This document shows positions 1 through 11,979 of a stretch of DNA of 64,000 bases, one piece after another (the stretch's first letter is position 1; the number at the start of each line of letters is the position of its first letter). The position numbers and the translations under genes were made by a program. Under the pieces are notes generated by a model that was not told the DNA's origin, did no database searches, and saw only the letters and a program-made list of their open reading frames with translations. The stretch covers positions 6,138,001-6,202,000 of the forward strand of contig CM075987.1 of NCBI GenBank assembly GCA_038087875.1, read 5' to 3'. The DNA is from Malacoraja senta (taxonomy: Eukaryota).

Positions 1-2287
1 CCTAATACCCATTGCAGGAGAACTGCATATTCTTTCTGTCTGGGCCCCAGCTCTCTGCTTCATTAGTTTATGTGGAAATGAAAGATGAAGCGGCATAATT
101 CAAACAAAATGAGAAGTTTCTTGGTGAGCTTATCAATATTCTTTTGTCTCCCGCCACCAAAAAACACAAAAGCCACCATCCCACACAAAGCAGTGAGGCG
201 CTGTGCCCAACATGACCAATGCATTGACCCATACATTGCTGTCTGTTAAGTGTGATACAATTTCAATTACATCATTGTTTTAATCAAACTATTTAATTAT
301 TTCTCTGGAATTTGTTTCAACCCTGAGCCCCCCCCCCCCCCCCCAATTAGTTACACGACATTTTCTAGTTTCACCAAAGTAGCATCCACAATTATCCGTG
401 TGGATAACTTCTCTCCATTGCACCGTGGTTTAAGTGAGAGAGTTTGATCTGAACCTACCTCCTATTGTCCTGTGGAACACACTGAGGCTTCAGTATTCTC
501 TGCTCACAATCTTGCGCGTTCCATTCTTCGGATAAGAATCTGCTTGTGAGGCCCTGCAATTTGAATAAACTGCTAGTTTGTACACTATATGAGCCATATG
601 GGTCTTCAATCATGGTGAAATAACTTCTGCAATCAGCTGGAATCAGTTGCAACCCAACCTGGATCATCTGTGCATGTATTATAAGTATTAATGCAAGTAG
701 CCTTGAATAATAGGATCATGACAAATATTCAGTGCATGAGCCTTGATGCTGAAAATGTTCCTGTCATCGAGTGTTGCTAGTCAGCCAGCAGGAAGTATTT
801 GCAATTAGGGATGTCATAATCCATAAAACAATGAGTGCAGCTCATAAGTAATCAAATTATGGGGTGCCGATGATCTCATAAGCTCAGAAGCAGCTGTCAA
901 CTGAACCCTGTATTTGGGTTACCTCCTCGCATTCATTTGTAGATATCAGATGTCATTAATGGACAGCTGATGAAAATATTTATGTTCACAATTATTTCTT
1001 GTAATGTTGCAGTGGGTTTATATTTTCAGAGATTCATTGCTGCAAGATTAAAGTGTGGCTGGAAGCAAAGGACCTGTGTGATGTTCTGATTCCTGACTCT
1101 GTTTTAAACGCTAGGGCACATGTAGTTTCACTTCCGGATGGGATTGTTGTGTTGGGTGCGATTGCTCTGATAGATGAGAGAGGAAAGTTAACTATCAGCC
1201 ATATTCTAATATTACAGCAAAAATTCCACAGTCCCTGTCTTTATGTTGACAAATGTGAATGATAGCATTAGGAAGACTTCCTTGGCACTGTGCATTTTAT
1301 AATGTACTTAAGTGCTTAAGTGCCATCGGAATTTGTTTGTAGAATTCATTTTGGAACGGCACATTTTATAAATTTAAATGGATGAAAAGCTGAAACTGAA
1401 CCATCTGTATTTCCTCACATGAAATTTGCATTAATATTCATATCTGTAGCTTTGGTAGGTGTTTAACTGCAGTTTGCGATCTGTTAATACACCATTTTCT
1501 CCTGTCTCCAAGAACTTGGTAAAGAAAAGTTTACCAAATACATTTTTTTTAAATCGAATCCTTCAATGTTAAGTGAAATTTTAAAATGATCATCTTGGTA
1601 TTCCTTGTGTAACTGAAAGGAGAATTCTGACGGTGGTTTGGCTTGCAAAGCTGTCTGCAGTGAGCAGTCTGGGACCTGCTCCAGATATTGATGTAAGTGA
1701 TGGCTGTGGTTCAGCATGGGTTCGGTGACAGAGTGTAATGTATGATTAGTTTGACAGTTCTCAGCCGGCTGCTTGGTGGGAAGGATTTGACCACAGTAAA
1801 CCAGCCCAACAGATTGGCAAAAGCTCGAGGTTTCTTTTGCTCGCGCTCAGCAAGCTGGTTACGAATGTGCTGTTCACTGATTTCCTGTTGGTTTAAGCTG
1901 GTGATGGTCCATGGCTCGGGTTCACTTTGCAACGTTGCAGGCGACTTATTCCATCTTGTAGGTGTTGATAGTAGAACTCAAAACCATGCCTGAAATTAGC
2001 AGCAAAATGGTGAAAGAAAAGGTTTTAAAATCACAGGCAAAGGCCATTTGGAAGCCTTCCCTGACCAATTCAAAATCAATATTTCAGCTTTAACACAACC
2101 TCCGAGCAAGTTTTTAAAAATCTCCTTTATTCTCACAATCGCACAGACTTTTGTGTTGGTTAATGAAAGTTGCAACATTTGTAACCAGCCTCCCTCCAAT
2201 GAGTAAAATATTTTGAAATGACAATGTATTCTATTTATGTTTAAACAGTTCAGTTGATAAGTAGATGAACAAAAACGTGAGGGAGGT

Positions 2288-2466
2288 AGACACAAAATGC
2301 TGAAGTCACTCAGCGGGACAGGCAGCATCTGTGGAGAGAAGGAATTCGTGACTTTTCGGGTCGAGACCCCTGAATCGCTCTGAAGAAGGGTCTCGACCCG
2401 AGTTGCTCCAGCATTTTGTGTCTACCTTCGATTTAAGCCAGCATCTGCAGTTCTTTCCTACACAAA
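2288..2466. mobile_element. Penelope terminal repeat, inverted-pair insertion with TSD
   Basis: Inverted copies of gacacaaaatgctggagtaactc...gggtcgagaccc, flanked by GTGAGGGAGGT at 2277-2287 and 2467-2477. Confidence 0.75.
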
Positions 2467-3815
2467 GTGAGGGAGGTGTCAAGGGGAAGGCTGCTAGATC
2501 CTTGGGATTTGCCAGAATTTGGTTTTAATGGAGAATATAGGCGAGTACAGAAACAGGCCCTTCGGCCCACAATGCCGGCCTAAACACGATGCCAAGTTTT
2601 ATCTCCAAGTTCATTCTTACCTCTGCAGGTTTTTTGTCGGTTAATGAGAAGTCGCAACATTTATAACCAGCCTCCCTCCAAGGAGTAAAATATTTGAAAT
2701 GACACTTTAATTCTGTTTATGTTTAAACGGTTCGGTGTTGATATGTTTACCTTCTGAGTTCTGTAAATTAGACCAAAATCAGCAAACAAACTATTGGGTT
2801 CAGACAAGCAAGAAGTCGCTTGCTCTCAATTTAAATCAACAAATCACAAGAAAAATGACTTTGGGTATACTTCTGCCCTGATACTTTGTTATGGTCGAGG
2901 ATTACTGTCAAGCTGATGCATTTCTTTTAAGGATGTGGATTTGGAAGTTTAATATCTGGTGATGGAGTTCTTTGCAAGACCTTCAGATGGATTTGAGATG
3001 TATCCATATCTGAAGCAGAAAAATGTTACAATCTTCATTGGATGTCAAGAATAGCTGATCTGGCAAATTCTCAGACTCGTTCTGTTTAAATTCCAGAGGG
3101 AGAGGGAATTGGTACTAAAAAGTTGCTGATCGTGACATGAATTGTGACATGAGTAAAGATTGGTGTTTTAGCTCTCCTTAGTCCATAACAGCTTTTTTGA
3201 CACCGATTTAAAATAGACTATTACAATCTAATAGTTAAATAACAAATATACTTGGTGCCTTTTTTACTTAAAATCTGTATTGTATTTTATGGAATAGCAT
3301 CGAATCAGATGCTGAACTAAAAGATAAATGAATTTCTTCTGGGGAGAAAACATTGGCTCAATGTGACTGTCAGTGTTTGTTTATTTAGCCAGATGTCTGA
3401 AAATTCCTTGTAGAATATGGACCTTGTTGTTTGTGGAGGATGTTTTTTACTTGTATATCATAAATTTATTTTGTGGAAAACTACTGGAAATTTTCAACGT
3501 GAATGTGTTTATGTGAATGAAAGATTTGTTTTATTAGAAAATAATAATGCTTTCCTACAGTATAATGAATTTATTATAAAGTTCACCCTACCTGTTATTT
3601 TATAAGTTGCTTTAGATCAAGCTGGGCTTAATTCTGTAATTAATTTTGATGCCCGCATTGATGATTATTTTGGGTGAGTTTAATATGGTGAAATGTCTTG
3701 ACACTTCACAGAACGATCTGAAATTCTTTAATCCAGATCTTGATGCAGTGTAAACTTGAAATAATTAAACTTGTGTTTCAAATTTTCTTAAATGAAATGC
3801 TTGTTCCTCTTGCAG

Positions 3816-3928
3816 TAATGCCCCACAGAGTGGATTCTCACTTATTCAAGTTGACAACATGAATGTCACGATGAAGGAGATACTACAGAAGGCTCTAAAA
3901 CGAAGAAAAGGTTCACAAAAGGCTGCAG
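3816..3928 (+). CDS. MAPKAP1: MAPKAP1/SIN1 internal coding exon (113 nt; Ras-binding-domain region)
   Basis: Acceptor ttgttcctcttgcAG ends at 3815 and donor GTaaaa starts at 3929. Translates (phase 2) [38 protein letters not shown], matching human SIN1 as I recall it, [37 protein letters not shown]. Confidence 0.96.
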
Positions 3929-4395
3929 GTAAAAATCAAAAACCAAGAATTAAAAAATGAGCTGTGCATAATGTGATTTGATTGTTGTTATGTAAATTGT
4001 GACTCGTGCATCAGCAGTTATAATTTTGGTAGGTTTGGATCATGAAGGTTTACATTATTAGAGGGGTCTACATTACTAGAATGCAACATTATGAGCATTC
4101 AGTTTGTTCATCAGTACAGATTTTTGTTTTGTCTATATCTATGTGTTAAGCAAATTCATTGATGTAAAGAAAAGTGTAATGCATTGACCCAAAAGTATCA
4201 GCATTAACCCAAAACACAAACTTGCATTATAATTATTGTGCATAAAAAATTGGAAAGAACTTTGTTCTCTTCCCCTCATTCTTTATTCAATTTAATTAAA
4301 ACAGAAAATATTGTAAAAATTCAGCAGGTCAGGCAATATCCTTGGAAAGGGAAATAGAGACAACTTTGCAAGTCTTCCCATAAATGCTGCCTTAA

Positions 4396-4610
4396 AGGGC
4401 CTATCCCACTTTTACGACCTAATTCACGACCTCTGCCGAGTTTGCCCATGACTCGTACTCGCAGCATGGTTGTCACAAGGCCGTAGGAGGTCGTAGGTAG
4501 GTCGTGATGCTAGTCGTAGGTACTCGTGGCATCAAGTAAGTCGGGGAGTTTTTCTAGCCTGATGAAGAATGTTCACGAGTAAAAAAGGTTGTGAAAGTGG
4601 GACAGGCCCT
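4396..4610. mobile_element. PIF/Harbinger-type MITE (215 bp) nested in a Penelope-end repeat
   Basis: TAA|AGGGCCTATCCCACTTT...AAAGTGGGACAGGCCCT|TAA, 3-bp TAA TSD. Confidence 0.8.
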
Positions 4611-5084
4611 TAACTCTGGAATGCTTCTGGCATTTTGTTGTTCCTTCCAGAATTCTGACACCTGCATTTCCTCTTTTTTTAGTTATTGTTAATGTGACTC
4701 TATTTTCTTGCTGAGGATTCTATTTTTAAATGTTCTTTCCTGCTGATGTAGTAGGCTTCACTTGCATCTCGTTTTTGGCGTAACCAAAAGCTGATTCCGT
4801 CCAATGGCAAAAACCTTTATATTACCCTAGAAACAAGGAACTGCAAATGCTGGTTTACAAAATAAGACACAGCGTGCTGGGGCAACTCAGCCGATCACAT
4901 GGCATCTCTGGAGAACATTGATAGACGATGTTTCAGTTTGATGAAGGGTCCTGACCTGAAAAGTTACTCCAGCATCTTGTCTTTTTTTAAATTATCCTGT
5001 CTCATAAAGGAGCACGGTCATTGAATTGCCTCAGAATGAGAATAAGGTTACATCGAAATAGGAGCAGGAGTTGGCCGTGTCTCT

Positions 5085-5595
5085 GACAAACCTCTACAGA
5101 TGCACCATAGAAAGCACCACAGTTGGTTTGTTGCCCAAGACCGCAAGAACTGGCAAAGATTTGTAGATTATCGCTCAGTCCATCACACAGACCAGACTCC
5201 ACCATTAACTCCATCTGAATATCACACTGCCTTGGAAAAGCAACCAACCTATTCAAAGACTTGTCCCACCACGTCATTCCTCCTTCTCCCTGCTCCCGTC
5301 AGGTAAAAGGTACAGAACCTTGAAAGCATGCACCACTAGAATCGGGAATATCTTCTTCCCCTCTGTTATCAGTCTTCTGACAGTCCTTCTGACAGTTAGG
5401 ATACTGTCTGATTCACTTCTACCCCACTGTGGACATTGGACTTTGTCTATGGAACTGATGCGCTACAATGCTGAGAACTATATTCTGCACTCTGTACCTT
5501 CCCTTTGCTCTACCCATTGTACTTGATTGTATTTATGTACAATATTATTTGATCTGATTGGATAGCAAGCTTTTCAAAATGCCTTGATACATGTG
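5085..5595 (+). mobile_element. Rex1/Babar-type LINE 3' fragment
   Basis: NLYRCTIES...LLPAP..GKRYR.LKACTTRIGNIFFPSVI remnant plus 3' UTR. A related - strand piece lies at about 34868-35230. Confidence 0.65.
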
Positions 5596-7151
5596 ACTAT
5601 GAGAAATCTAAACCCAAGCTGCCTGTTGAATCTGCTCTGCCTTTCAATGTCATCATGTCTGCTATGGTGGGCAGGTAAAATCTTTAAATAATTTTCGTAA
5701 AATATAACCATATAACAATTACAGCACGGAAACAGGCCATCTCGGCCCTTCTAGTCCATGCCGAACACTTACTGCAAAATCATTGTGTCTTGAATTGCAA
5801 GGGGTGATGCAAAAATACATTCTTAAAGAAAGTAACTGGAGGGAAAAGGCAATTATTTCTAATCGTGGTAAAATACCGCTTCATTCTACGTTCTGTACAC
5901 TGAAGCACTTGAGCCTTGTCACAGTATATCCATTGGATATTTTATTCAGTGTTTGATATTTTTATCCCAAATTTTATTTTCCACTCCTTTCATTCTTTGT
6001 TAATCCTTACTTGGGAGGTGGTTCAAAGGAACAGGGTCTGCATGTTGACTGAACTGTTATTTGAACGTAGAATCTGTGGAAAGGAATGGTGGCAAAGTCA
6101 TCAATAATGAGATGTGCTAAATACATGACAGGTCGCATAAATCTTTAACGTAGGAAATATTCTTTGCGTAAGCAAAATAATCAAATACAAAATGGATCTA
6201 AGTCAACCGTGATCATAGAATAGCTGACCAAATGCTTTTTATCAATGAGGTAAGTTCTCAAGGGTGCCTTGCAAAAGTGTAGAGTTCAAGAACTTGCAAC
6301 CAAGATGGCTCAGAGCACAACTGAAACACACAGCTAAGGGAATGGCCATTGCACAGAGGTGTAAACTGGAGGAGTGTAGTTAGTGGTATGTCAGACTGAA
6401 GGAGGCCTCTGTGAGTAGTCGTGGAGAGTTAAGAGGAAAATAATTGTATTTGCATGTCATTGGGGGCCTGAGAGCTACTGCACCATCAAACGCAAATATG
6501 CGGGCTGGGCCTAATGGCCAAGGCATGGGCCGAGATAGCTGATATTTGGAAAGGGAAATAGCGCATCGTTAATGGTGAAGATTTGTGGTTGGAAGCTCAA
6601 TTCAATGTCTAGACGGCTGCAGGCGATCTGGGTGAAGTTAAGGTGTGCACCATTGATGGACAATGTACGATAGCTGCAGAACTGCAACAAAGTTGAATAT
6701 TAGCAATAAATGTATTGTGGACAAAACAGGCAAAATCCCATATGATACTGGATATCTTGAGCGAAGCTTTGCATTAAGTCTCCAGAAGTGGTCACTGAAA
6801 GGCAATTAACCATGGAGAAGTTTCCTTTTTTTTTCCTATCTCATTAAACCCCAACTTGGCACTCACTGTGGCAATAACAGATACTCTGACTCGCAATGTT
6901 TTGACATAAAATGTTCTAATTCATGCCCAACACCTTTATCTCTACCTGTGCACCACCTCTCTTAACCCTCCATTTTCAAACCCCTCCAACGTCTAACCCC
7001 TCATCAACAATAGATGGAAAATAATGCTGTACATGAGTGATGCACGTATTTGCATTTAATATACAGTATGCCCTTTTGTACCTTGCCAAAAATGCTCACA
7101 TTTAAATACTTGGCTTATGCCCTCGTGTGTCTTGGTTTTGGTAACGCTATT

Positions 7152-7520
7152 GTGAAGCTCCGACCAGCGCGGCTCGTGGACTTCGGGAGCCGTGGTCTCC
7201 TGGGAGGTAGCGGCCGCTCCAGACACTCCGGGCCGCTGAGAGTGTTCACCCGACGCCAGAGCTTCATCATCCGGCGAGAGGGCCTGAAGCATCGGGCTGC
7301 CGTATCGGCGACTGCAGAGGCCTCAATAGGCCCCGACTATGGGTGAACTGGGGATGGGACTGGACTTTTCTGCCTTCCCCCACAGTGGGAACCATTGTGG
7401 GGGGATGTTTTTATGTTTCTTGTTAAATTCTTTAATGTTATCTTTATTTGTGTGCTGCATGGTAAGTCAAATTTCACTACACCAATTGGTGTATGTGATA
7501 ATAAATGTCCTTTGTCCTTT
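7152..7520 (+). mobile_element. CpG-rich non-autonomous retroposon with LINE-derived tail
   Basis: CpG-rich body, then a 3' end ...AATTTCACTACACC...GTGATAATAAA-TGTCCTT-TGTCCTT (polyA signal plus short tandem tail). Confidence 0.5.
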
Positions 7521-7794
7521 GAAGCATTGAAATGTCAGTGGTGTTATTTACCATGTGCTGCAGAGCTGTTCCATGATTTTCATGTAACTGGAATCAGGTT
7601 TGCTGTGCAGGTTTGTGGGCAACTTTCCATGTCCCCATGGAGCAAAGCCTGGACTCAGACTAGAGCTCCGCTATAATGATCAGGACGTCCTCTTGGGTGG
7701 AGGAGTGCCGAACTTTCTGGTGCTTGCCTGGCTCACACCAGTCTAATTCCCCAACAAAATGCGTGGCAAACACACACTGCCCCCAAAACACGTG

Positions 7795-8107
7795 GTCTTT
7801 TGTCCAGACCAGGGGATTCAAGAACCAGAGGACATCAGTGAGAGGGAAACGATTTAATAGGAGCCTGAGGGTTAACTTTTTCACACAGAGGCGTGGTGGC
7901 TATATGGAACGAGCTGCGGGGGAGGTTGTTGAGGCAGTTACTATAACATTTAAAAGGTTTTTATACAGCTATATGGATAGGAAAGGTTAAGAGGAATATG
8001 GGCCAAATGCAGGCAGGTGGGACTAGTGTAGACGGGGCATTTTGATCAGCATGGGCAAGTTGAACCAGGGGGTCTGTTTCTGTGCTGTATAACTTTATGA
8101 CTCTAAC
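7795..8107 (+). mobile_element. CR1 LINE 3' end fragment
   Basis: RTRGH/FFTQR-type 3' ORF2 remnant plus typical 3' UTR (gggcctgtttctgtgctgtat-like). Similar fragments at approximately 8462-8766, 21420-21748, 43545-43945, 48965-49060, 50262-50372 (+) and 22975-23235 (-). Confidence 0.75.
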
Positions 8108-9317
8108 TGATGTGCATAGTTTGTACTGCAACCTTGGAGTGCAACCAGGATAGAGACAGAACTCGGCTAGCAGGTTCAGGACATCCACCTCACTTGTGGG
8201 AGCTCTGAACTTTCTGGTGTTTGCTCGGCCAGTACCAACATCCACTGGTGAGTAGACAAGGGCAAACTTGATTACCACTTGTATTTTTTCCCACTTCAAT
8301 TGTTGGAGCCTTAAATGTACTACAGGCAGTTGCCAGAGCTAAGATTTTAATACTAAAAGTAAAGAGGGTAAACATTTTAGAAAAAGTATAAAACAAACAT
8401 GGGGAGAAAACAGAGAATTTCAACAGAATCAAAGCTTTGTTTTTAGTGTTAGCAGATAGCACCTTTTTCTCAGGGTGGAAATATCAATGACTGGAGGGCT
8501 TAGCTTTAAGGTGAACGGTACATAGTTTAAAGGAGATTTGTGAGGCAAGTTTTTTTTTACAAAGATTCGTGGGTGCCTGGAACGCACTGCCAGGGGGTGG
8601 TGGTGGAAGCAGATATTTTAGAGGCTTTTTGATCGGCACATGGATATGCAGGGAATAGAGGGGTATCAATCACGTGCGGGCAGAGGAGATTGGTTTAACT
8701 GGCCATCATGTTCGGCATAGACAATGTGGGCCAAAAGGCCTGTTCATGTGCTGTACTGTTCTATGTAATTCTGCCCTCAACTAGCACTCTGGTTATGTCA
8801 ATTATCAGTCATTTGGTCACTGGGTGTGCTATTTAATACTCTTGTACAGATCTCTTGCATTGATCAATTGGAAAAAGGGTTAATGAAAATGAGATTAATA
8901 ATTCTCCAGTAAGTCCATCGGGGAACCAGGCATTGGTTCCTTTAGCTGTTAATAATGTGTAGCCAATGTATTCAGAATAGTGACTGAAAGATTATGAAAT
9001 TATCTTTTCTTTCATTTTAACGTGCCATTGACTTTTTGAAGAAATGATACAACGGTGGAAGTAATTTCATCAATCTTCTGAAAGTTCTTCCTGTAAGACA
9101 GACTGCAGATTGTCTGCATGTGCATTAAGAGACAAACAGGCTTACTTTAACATCCATCACGGCAATTCCAGTAAACCATGGCCAAGAACTGGTATGTTGG
9201 GTCGAGTTGGTTCATTTCAGGACTAATTGGTACAGTTTTTCAAATTATATTAAGAGAAAGTGGTCCCTGGAGGTATTTTTCAAAGAATAGACGAATATGG
9301 TTGAAAAGATTGACAAA

Positions 9318-10400
9318 AAATTGCAAATGCTGCAATCTGAAGTTAAAAAAAACTGCTGAAGGTACTCCGTGGGTCAGGCAGCATCTGTGGGGGGAAGTGG
9401 ACTATTGGGGTTTTGGGTTGAGATCCTTCCTTTGATTTATAGACAATAGACAATAGGGGATTCGGCCCAGCCGCTCCATTCTATTAACATATGACAGTCC
9501 CGCTATCCCGGGAATTAACCTTGTGAACCTGCGCTGCACTCCCTCTATAGCAAGAATATCCTTCCTCAAATCTGGAGACCAAAACTGCACACAGTACTCC
9601 AGGTGTGGTCTCACTAGGGCCCTGTACAACTGCAGAAGGACCTCTTTGCTCCTATACTCAACTCCTCTTGATATGAAGGCCAACATGCCTTTAGCTTTCT
9701 TCACTGCCTGCTGTACCTGCATGCTTACTTTCAGTGACTGATGAACAAGGAACCCCAGATCTCGTTGTACTTCCTCTTTTCCCAACTTGACACCATTCAG
9801 ATTCAAAGAATGAGAGGGGAGATGGCCAGAGTAAAGAGGTGAAAGATTGGAGCAGGAGTTAGCATGCGATAAGTGGGTCCAGATGAAGGCTGGATTAATG
9901 GATGGAATCGGAGAGAGGCGAGAAGGATGGAGACGAAAACAACAGAGATAAGGGTCTGCAGATCGAATCTGATGTGAAAATGTTCAGTTAGGACCAAATA
10001 CGGTGTGGCGGAGTGGGTCGATCAGATAAGTGGCGGCAATGAACGCGATGGGAGTGTATGGGCATGGAGGTAAGGATGGTATTCATGGAAAGATCCAGGT
10101 GGATAGAGCGACTGAGGAAAGCAGGATACCTAAAATTAGACAATAGACAACAGGTGCAGGAGTAGGCCATTCGGCCCTTCGAGCCAGCACCGCCAATCAA
10201 TGTGATCATGGCTGATCATCCCCAATCAGTACCCAATTAGAAATTGAATGCTCATGCTGTCTCATTGCCGTCTACAAAGGTAGAATATGAGGTGCTGTTC
10301 CTTGAGTTTGCAGTTGGTCTCGCTCTGGCAGTGGAAGAAGCCAAGGACTGACAGGTTGATATGGGAATGGGGACGGAATTGAAATGGCTGGCAACCGGGA
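9318..10400 (-). mobile_element. Penelope-like element 3' fragment (GIY-YIG C-terminus, 3' UTR and terminal repeat) interrupted by CR1 pieces
   Basis: The - strand at about 10262-10372 reads HSHINLSVLGFFHCQSETNCKLKEQHLIFYL, resembling the Penelope C-terminus (LSVLGL.HCQ.EA.RKLEEQHLIF.LG). Terminal repeat at about 9318-9435. Boundaries approximate. Confidence 0.7.
9438..9802 (-). mobile_element. CR1 LINE fragment (internally deleted) nested in the Penelope fragment
   Basis: RDLGFLVHQSLKVSMQVQQAVKKA...LVRPHLEYCVQFWSP. Nearly identical to part of the 30334-31298 copy. TAGACAA repeat tail. Another tail piece lies at about 10136-10234. Confidence 0.9.
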
Positions 10401-11098
10401 GCCCCGGGTGATCCTAAGGGAGAGAGTACAGTATGCGCGGCAACATTTCCAAAACTACCTCTGCTTGGCCTGAATGCACAGCACTGCAGTGCTGGTGGTG
10501 TGAGCCTGTGAATGCAGTCCAGGGACATCCCCTCAGTTACTGTCATCAGTGCATGTTGGCTGCAGTTTGGGATGATCACCTTCAGGAATATGTGTTGAGA
10601 GTCCAAAAACACCTTCTGCATTAAGGCTTGTAGCTGTAATAACAAGAAACTGCAAATGCTGGTTTACCAAAGAAAGACCCAAAATGCTGGAGTAACTTAG
10701 CGGGTCAGGTAGCACCTCTGGAGAACATGGATAGGTGACGTTTTGGGTCGAGACCCTTCTTCAGATACCTTTCTTTCTACAGTAACTATTTGTACAATTT
10801 CCAGAGTACCTTTCTACAATAAGACCACTTCGTATGGAAAACAAAATTGTTGACCAAAAACCGACAGTTTAATCCTAATGTCCACAACAAGTATGGATGA
10901 GAAAATCAGAAATTGATGATCTTATGATTTTTCTGCAAGCAATTGCAAATTAGTAAAAATAAATAAATACTGCCACATGTAAAACGGTCAAGAATGCTTA
11001 AGGTGTTTATATTCAGAATATGCTTTTGTCTTAGAATATCAATTTAAAATCCCACTATCAAACAGAAAACAAAATTCACAGCTGATCTCTTATCCCCA

Positions 11099-11275
11099 CT
11101 TCTTCTTCTTATCGAGTCCACACACAAGATTAGACGTTGTTCAGCCAGAGCTGGACACACTTCTCGGCATCTGCATACAATGGCGTCTGTCTTGCGCTTC
11201 TTGTGCTTCTTGTGCGTGGTGGTGGAAAGATTGGTGGAAACAGGGCCGCGACGTGAACGCTCTTTCCTTGACCCC
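11099..11275 (-). mobile_element. Possible RTE-type 3' fragment with (GAA)n tail
   Basis: The + strand starts with (CTT)4. The - strand encodes AQEAQDRRH near a stop, similar to the RTE terminal AQDR motif. Confidence 0.35.
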
Positions 11276-11767
11276 TGTCCACACTGATATGTGTAAAGTC
11301 TACCCCTCTATTCTTGCCTGATAATAGTTTCTAACCTACTCAGGTTGCTGTCAGCTTTAAAGCCAACAACAGTTGTTGAGTGTAAAAGTTTGATGTTGAC
11401 ATTTGATCCACAAAATGCCATCAGATTATAAAAAGTTGATTCCCAACAATTTTCCTTTCCGAGTGTGAAATCTGTCAAAGATTAAATTAACTTTGTGGAG
11501 ATGAAACGTGAAGTTTTATTAAAAGTTTGAATAGATAAAGTGGGAAAGGACATGGATCAGCTGTCTCAAGGCCACATTCGGTGGGGCTGATAAGAGCAGC
11601 AAAAAAAAAAATGGCAGAGGAGCATTTAGCTCTTAGAAATCTGATTCACATAAAATGCCGGGCGGGTGGCTGTGGATCAAACCTGCTAGCATCTGCAAGC
11701 AATTTGGCCACTTGCCAAGAGTCATTGTTCACCCTCAGCTGTGGCATTGCAGTCCAGATGTGCCAAC

Positions 11768-11979
11768 NNNNNNNNNNNNNNNNNNNNNNNNNNNNNNNNN
11801 NNNNNNNNNNNNNNNNNNNNNNNNNNNNNNNNNNNNNNNNNNNNNNNNNNNNNNNNNNNNNNNNNNNNNNNNNNNNNNNNNNNNNNNNNNNNNNNNNNNN
11901 NNNNNNNNNNNNNNNNNNNNNNNNNNNNNNNNNNNNNNNNNNNNNNNNNNNNNNNNNNNNNNNNNNNNNNNNNNNNNNN
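11768..11979. other. Assembly gap (212 N)
   Basis: Run of N bases. Confidence 1.
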
